A stretch of DNA of 64,000 bases from Pirellulales bacterium (GCA_036499395.1 DASYDW010000116.1:157832-221831), one strand, 5' to 3'; counted from the first letter of the stretch, positions 36,590 to 46,840 are shown. Numbers and translations are program-made. Notes: generated by a model from the letters alone, not told the origin.

Positions 36590-38026
36590 ATGAAACGAGG
36601 CAGGCGTCATCGAATCGTGAGTGCGAGGCCCACGTTGGTCGTGGTTGCGGTCGTCACGTTATTCGCCGCGATTCTGCGCGCGGACGAACCGGCGGCCGAG
36701 GCTGATAAGTCCGGCGACCAACGGACGAAGCGGATTCGAGTCGTGAATCAAAAGGGAGAGCCAGTCGGCGGCGCGACCGTGATCCCGTGGGCGGTGCGAT
36801 CAAAGCGAGGACATGGCATGTGGCGCACCGGGCCCAACTACGATCAGGAGCCGCCCAAGATCACGACCGACAACGAAGGACGCGGCCAGTTTTCGTTTCC
36901 TGTCTTACTTGATTCGGACAAAACATTTCCGCCGATGGCGTTCACCTGCAGCGTAGCCCATCCCGACTACGCCGGCTCGACCTACAACGACGTGCCAGTC
37001 GAGAACGACGCCTATAAGGGAGAATCGACGATCGAAGTGCGTCAGGGGGCTGCGATCGAGATCACGCCGTTTGCCGATCACGTGAACATTAATCCGGCGC
37101 AGGTTTACGCCGTATGGAGCGCGTCGGCGCCCGATCAAGAGCGTAACAAGGTCAACGAGCGCGGGGCGATCCAGTTGCCCCACCTGCCGGCCGGCAAGGA
37201 ATTGCTGCAGATCGTCTATCTGCCCGACGACGGGGGCGTGATGTACAGCGACGTGAAAAAAATCGAGCTCCACGACGGCGACCATCATCAACTACGCTTC
37301 GAACTCAAGCCGGCCGTGCGCGTTGAAGGGCGGCTCGAAGGGCCCGTCGAACGTCCCATGAAGGAGGGTCGCGCGATCGGCGAGGTCATTCTGTGGGACG
37401 AGGAAGTCCAGGGGACGCTGCAATGGCGCGCCGCGGCGACGATGCGGATCGATGGCAGCTTTGTGTTCGAGTCCTTACCGCGCGGCGATCTGCAAGTGAT
37501 CGCGGTCTGCCCTGGTGCGATGGCCGACGACGGCGAGACGCCAGCCTTCGCTCGGGACCACGAGAAGCAGCAAGGAGCGTCGTTTTTCTGTCGGCCGCAG
37601 GTCTTCAAGCTACAAGAAGAGACGACGCGGGTTGTGGTAAAGATGGTCAAAACGGCCGATTGCCTGGTACACGTCGTGGGACCGGACAATGCCGCGGTCG
37701 CAGGCGCCAAATGCGGCTTCTGGCCGAATGTTGGCTGGTGGCGCGGCGGAAGCCAGGTCTATGGCCGGCCGTTCTACAGCACAATCGACCTGCTGAAGGA
37801 TCCGAGCTTGCGTGAACTCTTCCGGCGTCCTGATTATGCCTATTCGGCCGAGACCGACGCCGAGGGACAAGCGCTCATCAAGAATCTGCCCGCGAAGGCC
37901 AACCAACTTGGCGTGTATCACGACACGCTACAAATGCCGGGCAATGATCCGCATCCCAGCCAGCTCGTCTCCTTGGCAGCCGGGCAACAAGTAGAAGTCT
38001 CGGTGAAGCTGCAAGCGAAGAAATAG
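36590..38026 (+). CDS. secreted protein, possibly with carboxypeptidase-regulatory-like beta-sandwich domains
   Basis: ATG 36590 is preceded by GAGGAAGG. Signal/anchor RPTLVVVAVVTLFAAILRADE. IRVVNQKGEPVGGATVIP resembles the CarboxypepD_reg N-terminus. The rest is unassigned. Confidence 0.6.
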   Translation: MKRGRRHRIVSARPTLVVVAVVTLFAAILRADEPAAEADKSGDQRTKRIRVVNQKGEPVGGATVIPWAVRSKRGHGMWRTGPNYDQEPPKITTDNEGRGQFSFPVLLDSDKTFPPMAFTCSVAHPDYAGSTYNDVPVENDAYKGESTIEVRQGAAIEITPFADHVNINPAQVYAVWSASAPDQERNKVNERGAIQLPHLPAGKELLQIVYLPDDGGVMYSDVKKIELHDGDHHQLRFELKPAVRVEGRLEGPVERPMKEGRAIGEVILWDEEVQGTLQWRAAATMRIDGSFVFESLPRGDLQVIAVCPGAMADDGETPAFARDHEKQQGASFFCRPQVFKLQEETTRVVVKMVKTADCLVHVVGPDNAAVAGAKCGFWPNVGWWRGGSQVYGRPFYSTIDLLKDPSLRELFRRPDYAYSAETDAEGQALIKNLPAKANQLGVYHDTLQMPGNDPHPSQLVSLAAGQQVEVSVKLQAKK

Positions 38027-38235
38027 ATCGGGGCGAGAATTCCGCGACGCAGCGAACCCCACAATCCAAAATGACCCCAGTTTGACGCGCGCCCTTCAGC
38101 GAACCAGAATACGGGTTCGTTGGTGGCCTTCCTTTCTGACGCGAACAATATCGCCCCTGGGCTCGGTGGCGTGCGCGGCGGGCGGCGCACCCCCATCACA
38201 CGGTCGAATTTGATTCTTCTCTGCCGGAGGTTGCC

Positions 38236-40350
38236 ATGCGTTTGAGAGTTTTGTCGGGTGATTGGTGTTCTCGGGTCGCGGCACTTTCGGTCGCGATCGT
38301 CATGGCGACGAGCGGTGCAGCACAGTCCGAAACGGTCACCGTCTATCGCGATGACTGGGGCGTACCGCACATTTATGCTGAGACATTGCCCGGCGCGGCC
38401 TTCGCGGCCGGTTACGCACAGGCCGAGGATCGCCTCGAACAACTTTTGCAGAACTATCGTCTCGCCGCCGGTACGCTGGCCGAGATCGCAGGCCCTGCGC
38501 TGATCGATCAGGACTATCGTTCGCGCGTCTGGCAGCACGAGGAAATCGCCCGCGAGCATTACAACCAAATGGATCCGAAGCTGAAAGCCGCTTCCGCCGG
38601 CTTTATTAAAGGTATCCAAAAGTATATGGACGAGCATCCGGACGAGGTGCCCAAGTGGGCGCAAAAGCTGGAACCGCATTTCCCGGTCATGCTCAGCCGA
38701 TTCATTATTTGGAACTGGCCCGAGGGACAGGCACAGGATGACCTCGAGCGGGCCGGTATCAAGCCCTCGGCGCAGCCTTACCTGGGTTCGAACGAATGGG
38801 TGATCGCGGCCGATCGCAGCGCGAATGGCAAGGTGATCGCACTGATCGACCCGCACTTGAGCTGGTATGGCCCCTTCCGCTTTTACGAGCAGCGGATGTA
38901 CGCCAGCGGCGAGGATTTTGCGCTGTCAGGCGCGGCGATCCTGGGGCTGCCAATGCCGGGCTTGGGGCACACGCAGTATGCGTCGGTCGCCATGACCACC
39001 GGCGGGCCCGACACGGCCGACGTCTATGAAGAGACCATCGACCCGGCCAATCCGCTGCGCTACGAAGTGGATGGCAAATGGCGAGAAATGACGACGCGCA
39101 AAATTACGCTTCGCGTGCGCGAAGGCGAGAAAGTGACCGAGAAGAGCTTTCAGGTCGATTCGACGCATCACGGCCCGGTCGTGGCACGCAAAGACGGCAA
39201 GGCATACACGATGGCCCTGGCGTATATCGATCGCGCAGGCTTGATGGAAGAGTTGTACAAGGTTCACACGGCCCGCAGCCTGGACGCGATAAAAGCGGCG
39301 CTAACCACCTGCGAGCTAATGCCGCAGAACATCATGATCGGCACCGTGGACGGCGACACATTCTATGTGCATGACGGGCGAGTGCCGGTCCGCAATCACG
39401 GCCTACCGACGAACAAGCCCGTGCCGGGCAATGTCTCGAAGAACGACTTCGCGGGCATTCACCCCTTCGAGGATTTGGCACAGGTCACGAATCCCAAGGA
39501 CGGGTACATGCAAAACTGCAACGTCGCGCCAGTGCATATGATGCGGCACAGCCCGATGACCAAGGAAAGTGCCAAGCGGCCGTATTTGTATTATGACGAT
39601 GGACGCGGCAATCATCAGCGCGCCGAGATGGTGACCGAGATTCTGCATACCGACAATTCCGTCACGCTCGACGAGGCGATCGACCTGGCCTTCTGCACTC
39701 AGATTCTCGGCGCCGAGAAATGGCAAGAGCGTCTGGCCCAGGCGTGGAAGTCGGCCAAGGACGCCGCAAAGACGCCCGATGTCAGCGCCGCTTTCGCCGC
39801 GATCCAAGGTTGGGACCGTCGTGCCGATCCGGGCAGCAACGGGGCCCTGGCCTATTACGCCTTCAAGATGGCGCTGGGCGGCAAGTTGGCCGAGGCGATC
39901 AGCGTGCCGGCAGATTTGAAGGATGAAGATATCCTGGCGGCGCTCACGAAGGGAACCGATTGGATGCGCAGCAAAGCCGGCGGCGTCAGCGCTCGTTACG
40001 GCGATGTGTTTCGAGTCGCCCGCAAAGACGGCAAGCAAAGCTGGCCCGTCGGCGGTGGCAGCGTGAAGGAGGCCGGCATGGCCACCCCGCGCGCGATCTC
40101 GTTCGACGCGGTCGGCGATCAAAAGATCGGCCACGGCGGCCAGACCTCGACGCAAATCGTGGTGCTCTCGAAGCCGCCACGCTCGTACATGGTGCTACCT
40201 CTGGGCGAGAGCGATCATCCCGCGACGGGGCACTGGGACGACCAGGCGGCGAAGTTGTTTAGCGAAGGGAAGGCCAAGGATACCTACTTCATGGACCGAG
40301 AAGGGCTCGCGCCGCATGTCACGAGCACCAAAAAGCTGGAATACAACTAA
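38236..40350 (+). CDS. penicillin acylase family Ntn-hydrolase (AHL/penicillin amidase-like)
   Basis: VTVYRDDWGVPHIYAE...AQAEDRLEQL alpha-subunit motifs. Autoprocessing-site context YLGSNEWVIA, where Ser is the nucleophile. Confidence 0.88.
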   Translation: MRLRVLSGDWCSRVAALSVAIVMATSGAAQSETVTVYRDDWGVPHIYAETLPGAAFAAGYAQAEDRLEQLLQNYRLAAGTLAEIAGPALIDQDYRSRVWQHEEIAREHYNQMDPKLKAASAGFIKGIQKYMDEHPDEVPKWAQKLEPHFPVMLSRFIIWNWPEGQAQDDLERAGIKPSAQPYLGSNEWVIAADRSANGKVIALIDPHLSWYGPFRFYEQRMYASGEDFALSGAAILGLPMPGLGHTQYASVAMTTGGPDTADVYEETIDPANPLRYEVDGKWREMTTRKITLRVREGEKVTEKSFQVDSTHHGPVVARKDGKAYTMALAYIDRAGLMEELYKVHTARSLDAIKAALTTCELMPQNIMIGTVDGDTFYVHDGRVPVRNHGLPTNKPVPGNVSKNDFAGIHPFEDLAQVTNPKDGYMQNCNVAPVHMMRHSPMTKESAKRPYLYYDDGRGNHQRAEMVTEILHTDNSVTLDEAIDLAFCTQILGAEKWQERLAQAWKSAKDAAKTPDVSAAFAAIQGWDRRADPGSNGALAYYAFKMALGGKLAEAISVPADLKDEDILAALTKGTDWMRSKAGGVSARYGDVFRVARKDGKQSWPVGGGSVKEAGMATPRAISFDAVGDQKIGHGGQTSTQIVVLSKPPRSYMVLPLGESDHPATGHWDDQAAKLFSEGKAKDTYFMDREGLAPHVTSTKKLEYN

Positions 40351-40369
40351 CGATGGCGGGAGAACGCGT

Positions 40370-41764
40370 ATGAAGCGGTGGTTAATCTGCCTTTGCAGCG
40401 TCGCGATTCTTGCAACTTCGTTCTTCACGCCGGCCACTGCGGCCGACAATAAAGCCGTGAATAGTGACGCCAAGCCGCTGCGCTACAAGGTGCATATTGG
40501 ACAGGAGTTGATCTACACCGGCGAGAGCGATTTTCAGCACGACGACGGCAGCATCAAAACCAAGATCAACTGGAAGCTGCTCCCCGTGCGGCAGAATCCG
40601 GACGGCGGCTGCCGAATGTTGATACGGCAAGGAACGTCGCGCGGGCGAACCAAGAAGGGCGAGGCCGAGGTCACCTACAGCCCCGAGAAGGTATCAATGG
40701 CCTGGTGCGACCTGGCGCCCGACGGCTGCATCGCGGACAATCCGACTCTCGATTTCACGCTCGATGTACGCGCTGTTTTGCCCCAATTGCCCAAGGCGGG
40801 GCAGACTTCCTGGCAATGCGACAACAGCCTGACCACGGTTCACGACGATTACAAGCTGCTCGAGTCAAACGCTGCGGATGCGGATCACATCCGGTTCGAG
40901 GATGTTTCCAAGACCCCGACGGACGAGATTTATCTCAGCTCGAAGAAGTCGACCTTCTCGTTCGACGTGAAGCGGGGGCTAGTCGATCAGGCGGACGCCG
41001 AAACCGCACAAGGGTATGGCGTCGAGGGGCGCGGTACGACCCGGCTGTCGCTCAGTGAAGTCGCGCAAGTCGATCCGAACATCGCCACGTTCGTGGCCGT
41101 CGAAATGACCGATTACTTCGCCGTCAAACAGGAATACGAAGAGCTGCTGAGCGAAGCTGAAAAAGATGCTACGCGATCGAGTGATCTGTCGACCCGGGCG
41201 AAAGCGATCCTCGAGGACTTGCGCGCCACGGTTCAATCCGAGATCTTTCAATCGCAGCTTGACGCCGACCTGAAGCGGCATGACACAGTCGCCAAGCACG
41301 CACTCGAGCAGGCGCAACGCTTCGCCGCGGTCGTGGGTCAGCCATCGCCGACATGGCAGACGACTGACCTGGCGGGCAACACCCGCTCGATCGAAGATTG
41401 CCGCGGCAAGGTCGTGGTGCTCGATTTCTGGTATCGCGGGTGCGGCTGGTGCATCCGTGCCATGCCGCAGATCAAGCAGTTGGCCGCGCACTGTCAGGGG
41501 CAGCCGGTCGAGGTGTTTGGCATGAACACCGATGACGACCAGGCCGATGCCCGTTTCGTGGTCGAGAAGCTGGCGCTCTCCTACCCGACGTTAAAGGCCG
41601 ACGGCCTGGACGAGAAATACGGCGTGCGCGGCTTTCCAACGCTCTTGATCATCGATCAGGCGGGCACCGTGCGCGAGGTCCACGTCGGGTATTCGCCCAC
41701 GCTGGGGAAAAGCGTGACGGCCTCGATCGACAAGCTGCTGGCCGAAACCGCGGCCGCAAAGTGA
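40370..41764 (+). CDS. secreted TlpA-like thiol:disulfide oxidoreductase with large unknown N-terminal domain
   Basis: Signal peptide MKRWLICLCSVAILATSFFTPATA. C-terminal thioredoxin fold GKVVVLDFWYRGCGWCIRAMP (CxxC) ...GVRGFPTLLIID. The first ~330 aa are unassigned. Confidence 0.8.
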   Translation: MKRWLICLCSVAILATSFFTPATAADNKAVNSDAKPLRYKVHIGQELIYTGESDFQHDDGSIKTKINWKLLPVRQNPDGGCRMLIRQGTSRGRTKKGEAEVTYSPEKVSMAWCDLAPDGCIADNPTLDFTLDVRAVLPQLPKAGQTSWQCDNSLTTVHDDYKLLESNAADADHIRFEDVSKTPTDEIYLSSKKSTFSFDVKRGLVDQADAETAQGYGVEGRGTTRLSLSEVAQVDPNIATFVAVEMTDYFAVKQEYEELLSEAEKDATRSSDLSTRAKAILEDLRATVQSEIFQSQLDADLKRHDTVAKHALEQAQRFAAVVGQPSPTWQTTDLAGNTRSIEDCRGKVVVLDFWYRGCGWCIRAMPQIKQLAAHCQGQPVEVFGMNTDDDQADARFVVEKLALSYPTLKADGLDEKYGVRGFPTLLIIDQAGTVREVHVGYSPTLGKSVTASIDKLLAETAAAK

Positions 41765-42023
41765 AGGTAATAGAGGGGCGAGGCCGCGGGGTTTCGCGTC
41801 CTCTGCCACGCCGGCGGCCACGATAAAACCCGGTTTCTGGCGGTGCCAGCAGAGCGTCCGGCGTCGGTTTTCGGCCAGTCCGCTATTTACATGAGTAGCA
41901 TTGGTCGATAAGAATGTTTGTAAGCTAACTATTTTCCTTCGGGCGACGTGGGTCCGTTCCACCGGACTGGCAAAGCCCAAGGCTTTTGACTGCCTTTTTC
42001 GTCAACCCTATCTGAGGTGATTC

Positions 42024-43859
42024 ATGCGCGGCTCGTTGCAAGTGGCGGCTGTGGCGGTTGCCCTTGTGGCCTGCGGGCAGGTCTTGGCGGACCAGCCCTC
42101 GAATGTTCCGCCGATCGGCAAGAAGATCGACGGCTTTTCGTTGCCTGACATTCATGGCAACAATCGCACGCTCGCCGAGTTGCGCGGCGGCAAGGCCTTG
42201 GTCGTGGCGTTCGTCGGCGTTGAGTGTCCGCTCGTTAAGCAGTACGCGCCGCGGTTGGCGACGTTAGCTGCGGAATACGAAGCACAGGGCGTGAAGTTCG
42301 TCGCGATCGATTCGAACCTGCAGGATTCGCTGGCCGAAATCGCACACTTCGCCAAGATGCACGACCTGACGTTTCCCGTGCTGAAAGACATGAATAATCG
42401 CGTTGCCGATGCCTTCGGCGCCACGCGTACGCCGGAAGTATTCGTGCTCGACGCAGACGACGTGCTGCGATACGCGGGCCGGGTGGACGACCAGTTCGGC
42501 TTCAAGACCGGGGCCGGCTATGCCAAGCCACGCTTAGAGCGTCGCGACCTGGCCGTGTCGATCGACGAACTGTTGGCCGGCAAGCCCGTCAGCCAGCCAC
42601 TGGTAAAGGCCGACGGTTGCATCATCGGTCGTGTGAAGCATGAACCGCACGGCGATGTCACCTATTCGAACCAGATCGCGCGAATTTTGCAGACGCGTTG
42701 CCTGGAATGCCATCGCGATGGCGAAGTCGCGCCGTTCGCCGTCGATTCGTACGACGAAGTGGTGGGCTGGGCCGAAATGATTCGCGAGGTGGTCAACGAC
42801 GGACGCATGCCCCCTTGGTACGCCAATCCCGCGCACGGCAAGTATTCCAACGACGCACGGCTGACCGACGAAGAAAAGGGTCTGCTGGCCAGTTGGGTCG
42901 ACAATGGTTGCCCGGAAGGGGACAAGTCGCAACTGCCGGCGCCGCGTGAATTCGCCAAGGGTTGGCGCATCGGCGAGCCCGACCAGGTGATCTTCGTCGA
43001 CAGCGAACCGTACGCGGTGCCCGCCGAAGGGACCGTGGAATACAAGTACTTCACGGTCGACCCCGGTTGGACCGAGGACAAATGGGTGCAAGCCACTGAG
43101 TGCCGGCCAGGCAACTCGGCCGTGGTGCATCACATCATTTGCTTTATTCGCGCGCCGGGCAGCGTCGAAGGGATGATGGCCGGGCTGGGTGGATACGCAC
43201 CGGGGAATCCCTCGGACGTGCATCCGGCAGGAACCGCCACGTTTGTGCCAGCCAATTCGAAACTGGTTTTCCAGATGCACTACACGCCCAACGGCGTCGC
43301 GACGACGGATCGCAGCTCGATCGGCATTAAGTTCGCCGACCCGCAGAGTGTGAAGAAGAAGGTACACGGCGACGCGATTGGCAACCTGTCGCTAAACATT
43401 CCGGCCGGCGATCCCAACTTCGAAGTCAAAGCCAAGCACAAGTTCCGCCGCGACATGTTGATCTTGAACATGACGCCGCACATGCATCTGCGTGGTAAGG
43501 ATTTCCGGTACGTGCTGACGCATCCGGATGGACGCGAGCAGGTGCTGTTGGACGTGCCGAATTGGGACTTCAACTGGCAACTGCGTTACGAGTTGGCCGA
43601 GCCAGTGCTCGCTCCCAAGGGCTCGACATTGCATTGCGTCGCGCACTTCGACAACTCGACCGAGAACCTGGCGAATCCGGATCCGACGAAGGTCGTTCAC
43701 TTCGGCGACCAGACGTGGGAAGAAATGATGTTCGGCTTCTACGCTTCGATCGATCCGAAAGAGGATCTAACCGTTAAGGTTGCAGGCGAAGCCGACAAGA
43801 ACGAAGGCCCCCGCAGCGGTTCGACCCTCGAACGCGACGGAAACGCCGGCGGACGATAA
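42024..43859 (+). CDS. exported fusion protein: redoxin-like domain + CxxCH haem motif + PHM/DBH-like copper monooxygenase-type domain
   Basis: Signal peptide. AhpC/TSA-like region with a single Cys (VGVECPLV). CLECH at nt 42699-42713, followed by RMPPW. C-terminal VVHHIICF, TPHMHLRGKDF and WEEMMFGFY resemble CuH/CuM ligand motifs. Confidence 0.7.
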   Translation: MRGSLQVAAVAVALVACGQVLADQPSNVPPIGKKIDGFSLPDIHGNNRTLAELRGGKALVVAFVGVECPLVKQYAPRLATLAAEYEAQGVKFVAIDSNLQDSLAEIAHFAKMHDLTFPVLKDMNNRVADAFGATRTPEVFVLDADDVLRYAGRVDDQFGFKTGAGYAKPRLERRDLAVSIDELLAGKPVSQPLVKADGCIIGRVKHEPHGDVTYSNQIARILQTRCLECHRDGEVAPFAVDSYDEVVGWAEMIREVVNDGRMPPWYANPAHGKYSNDARLTDEEKGLLASWVDNGCPEGDKSQLPAPREFAKGWRIGEPDQVIFVDSEPYAVPAEGTVEYKYFTVDPGWTEDKWVQATECRPGNSAVVHHIICFIRAPGSVEGMMAGLGGYAPGNPSDVHPAGTATFVPANSKLVFQMHYTPNGVATTDRSSIGIKFADPQSVKKKVHGDAIGNLSLNIPAGDPNFEVKAKHKFRRDMLILNMTPHMHLRGKDFRYVLTHPDGREQVLLDVPNWDFNWQLRYELAEPVLAPKGSTLHCVAHFDNSTENLANPDPTKVVHFGDQTWEEMMFGFYASIDPKEDLTVKVAGEADKNEGPRSGSTLERDGNAGGR

Positions 43860-43878
43860 CGCCCAATGATCAATAATC

Positions 43879-43919
43879 ACCGGCCGGAAGGGGCTTTTCC
43901 TCTACCGGCCGGTTTTTTT
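43879..43919 (+). terminator. Rho-independent terminator
   Basis: ACCGGCCGG (43879-43887) / CCGGCCGGT (43905-43913) stem followed by a T7 run. Confidence 0.75.
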
Positions 43920-44053
43920 ATGCGCCGAACGCCGGCCGCCCGAGGTGGACCGGCCCTGGACAGGCCTGGCGCTCGACCGGAAAATGCAGCCCAGACGTTC
44001 GCCCTGCGCGGGGCGAATGCCAGATCGAACCGATTCTTTCAGGGTTGCTTGCG

Positions 44054-45094
44054 ATGATGCGTTGGACTTTTTGGGCCACGCTCGTGAGTGTGGTGGTTTT
44101 GCAAAACCACTTCACCCCGCCCGCTTGCGCGCAAGCTCCCCTGGTCACACGCGTGCTGGAACGCATTCCTCGCACCGCGCAGGAACTGGCCGAAGCGCAC
44201 GACAAAAGCGACTTGATCTGCACGATGCTCGAAGAGGGGGTGCCGCTCGCGCAGCCGACGTTCAGCGAGCGGACGGTCGTGGACGTCGACGTGGTCCGCG
44301 GCGGAGTGCGCAGCCGCCAGCAGGCGCAGCTCAATTTCGGACGCTGGCCGGTGATCGATTACGGCACGTTGATGATCGACGAGGATCGCAAGCAGTTGCC
44401 GTTTTTCACAAGCGGCGTCATCCTCGACGTGATCGACAACACCTACATCAGCCTGCAAGCGCGCGTGCAGCGTGCCAGTCCGGACGGCGAGCCCTATTTG
44501 TATTACGTGCCCGCCGCCTGCGCCGGCGAATATGGCAAGCCGGCCACGGCGTCCGAATTCGCGGCGCTGCAGCAATCGGCCGTGAGTAACGTTCACGGCC
44601 TGGGCTTGTTCGTCAAGCCTGGACAACCGCGCAATCCGCAGGCGCTGCGAACGCTGGTGATCAGCATTAAGGGGAGCCGGATCATTCCCAATAAAGAGTT
44701 GGAAGTGATCGAAACCGTGCCGACGATGGAACTGCTGTTCGTGCGGATGCGGATCGCGCCCCCGGCGAAGGGGCAAGCACCGTCCGCGGCCGATGTGCGG
44801 GTACATGCCTTCGGCACGATCGACGGCTTGACGAAGCTGGTCAGCTTCGCGCCGTACACGGTTCCGAAAAACGTCAACGATTGCACGATTCGCAGCACCG
44901 TGCGGATCACCGAGTATGCGCTGGCCGGACAACTGCCGTCGGCCCGGGCCGCGCGCGAGGTGCGCGTGCAAACGGACAAAGAATTCGCGATCGCCGACCT
45001 GAACGCCTACGTGCGCCGCGCCGGAATGCCAGGCGATGCGTTTGACAACCTTACAGAACTGCTCGACGCAATCATCGACGGCCAGCTACGTTGA
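44054..45094 (+). CDS. secreted hypothetical protein
   Basis: MMRWTFWATLVSVVVLQNHFTPPACAQA signal peptide. 346 aa with no recognised motif. The stop overlaps the TTG of the downstream shadow ORF. Confidence 0.6.
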   Translation: MMRWTFWATLVSVVVLQNHFTPPACAQAPLVTRVLERIPRTAQELAEAHDKSDLICTMLEEGVPLAQPTFSERTVVDVDVVRGGVRSRQQAQLNFGRWPVIDYGTLMIDEDRKQLPFFTSGVILDVIDNTYISLQARVQRASPDGEPYLYYVPAACAGEYGKPATASEFAALQQSAVSNVHGLGLFVKPGQPRNPQALRTLVISIKGSRIIPNKELEVIETVPTMELLFVRMRIAPPAKGQAPSAADVRVHAFGTIDGLTKLVSFAPYTVPKNVNDCTIRSTVRITEYALAGQLPSARAAREVRVQTDKEFAIADLNAYVRRAGMPGDAFDNLTELLDAIIDGQLR

Positions 45095-45360
45095 ACAACC
45101 CCGCGCCTCTCGGGAATGGCATATCTTGGAGGCCGAATATTTTGGCAGGACTCCCTGGGGCACTGTCTTGGGGGGCGGACGTCCCGTCCGCCTTCTTAGC
45201 TTCTTTGCCGATTCATGCCGGCCAAATTATCCAAACCAACTCGCCCATCAACGAATGGGCGGGCGAGCCGCCCGCCCCCCCGAGACGCGCCCATCCAATC
45301 ACACCCCACCCTCAGTCACGCGCTACTCGAACACACCCCTTCCAGGAAAAACCTTCGCCG

Positions 45361-45876
45361 ATGAGTGAGTTCGCGCATGAGCGTCATAAGCCTTTGGTGC
45401 CTTTAAATCGCGAGCGCGAGCTGGTCGTGGCTTGCGCGCCGCTGCGGACAAACGTCAATTTGTCGCGCATCGTGCGTGCGGCCGGCTGTTGTGGCGTGCG
45501 GCGGATCGTCTGTTGCGGCCACGCCAAGGTGATCGGCAAGATCGCCCGCGACGCGCTCGATCCCGACAATCCCGCGACGCTGGTGCTCGACGTGCATCGC
45601 ACGCTCGCCCCGGCACTCGTGAAGCTGCGCGAACAGGGGTATCAGCTCGTCGGCCTCGAGCAGACTACCGGATCAAAATGCCTGTACGACTTTCCCTTTC
45701 CCCGGCGGACGGTCCTGGTGGTGGGGAACGAACGCCAAGGGCTGGAAGACGACGTGCTACGGCTGTTGCACGACGTGGTGGAAATCCCCGTCTACGGATT
45801 GCCCTACGCCCATAACGTGGCCACGGCCACGGCAATGGCTCTTTACGAATATTGCAGGCAATACCCCGAGGGGTGA
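45361..45876 (+). CDS. TrmH/SpoU-family RNA 2'-O-methyltransferase
   Basis: NVNLSRIVRAAGCCG, VVGNERQGL and IPVYG..YAHNVATATAMALYEY (SPOUT knot motifs). ATG 45361; the upstream 90 codons of the ORF are Pro-rich and non-homologous. Confidence 0.82.
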   Translation: MSEFAHERHKPLVPLNRERELVVACAPLRTNVNLSRIVRAAGCCGVRRIVCCGHAKVIGKIARDALDPDNPATLVLDVHRTLAPALVKLREQGYQLVGLEQTTGSKCLYDFPFPRRTVLVVGNERQGLEDDVLRLLHDVVEIPVYGLPYAHNVATATAMALYEYCRQYPEG

Positions 45877-46181
45877 CCGCACGACGGCAACGCCGAGCAG
45901 CGAAGCGTGACGAAATCTTCATTCGCCGACACCGCCGAATGTCTCGCGCAAGGATTGTCCCAGTGACATATCCTTGAGTTGGCTAAGGGGTTTAGCGGCT
46001 CCATTAGCTGGGGCGTCGACGACGCGTCAAACCGCTTCGCCGGCGTCCCCTTTCGTGCCCGCAGTGACGTCGCGCCCCTGGCGGCCCATTGCCGAATCTG
46101 TTACGCTGGCACGCTTTAAGCTCCCCGTCGGGAACCCTCTCGCTGGGTGAGCGACAAGAATCGATTGCCGAGGCTGCCCCG

Positions 46182-46697
46182 ATGAAACAGGCGATTGCCG
46201 GAGTTGCTCCTCCCGAGTTGAGCGAAGTCACGATCATGACCGTATGGCCTTCGATCGCCATCACGGGCTTGGGGCGATTTCTAGGGCGCGCCTTTGAAAG
46301 CCGGCTAGGCTTTGGCAATATTCTCACGCTTGGCAACTTTCTCAAGCTGGCCACGATTCCCGTCACGCTGGGCATCTTCTTCGCGATGCTGCTCGTGCCG
46401 GGCATGAACCGTCGCTACCGGCTGACGAATCGTCGGTTGCTGATCGAAACAGGGCTCAGCCCCAAGGTCGCCAGCGCCGTTTTGCTGGACGACTTCGACG
46501 CGATCGATCTGGAAGTCCTGCCCGGCCAGGAATGGTACCCCTGCGGTGAAATGATCTTCCGCAAGGGCAAGGTCGAAACGTTCCGCCTCTCGGCCGTGCC
46601 GCGGCCCGAATCGTTCAAGCAGGTCTGCCTGAAGGCGCAGCGCGGCTACGCCTCGGTCAAAAGCGTCATGGCCCATCAGACGCCAGTAGCGGTCTAG
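46182..46697 (+). CDS. membrane protein with bacterial PH (bPH_2/YdbS-like) domain
   Basis: Two TM segments, then RRYRLTNRRLLIETG......D.IDLEV.PGQ....G.MIF. This fits the bacterial PH-domain pattern. Confidence 0.5.
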   Translation: MKQAIAGVAPPELSEVTIMTVWPSIAITGLGRFLGRAFESRLGFGNILTLGNFLKLATIPVTLGIFFAMLLVPGMNRRYRLTNRRLLIETGLSPKVASAVLLDDFDAIDLEVLPGQEWYPCGEMIFRKGKVETFRLSAVPRPESFKQVCLKAQRGYASVKSVMAHQTPVAV

Positions 46698-46840
46698 CCA
46701 CGCTTTCGCGGCCGCGTCCCCGAAGAGCGACCGCATTGACGCTCGGCATTGGGGCTAACGCACCAGAAGTTTGGGGTTAACACACCAACGATTCACTGCG
46801 CCTGCAAAAGCGATAGCGACGAGCACCCGCGAATTCGCCG

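Noticed and set aside
41986-42014. Sigma70-like TTGACT-17 nt-TATCTG upstream of the redoxin-fusion gene.
   Set aside because: The -10 element ends only ~10 nt before the ATG and overlaps the GAGGTG ribosome-binding site, so the geometry is implausible. It cannot be supported without TSS data.
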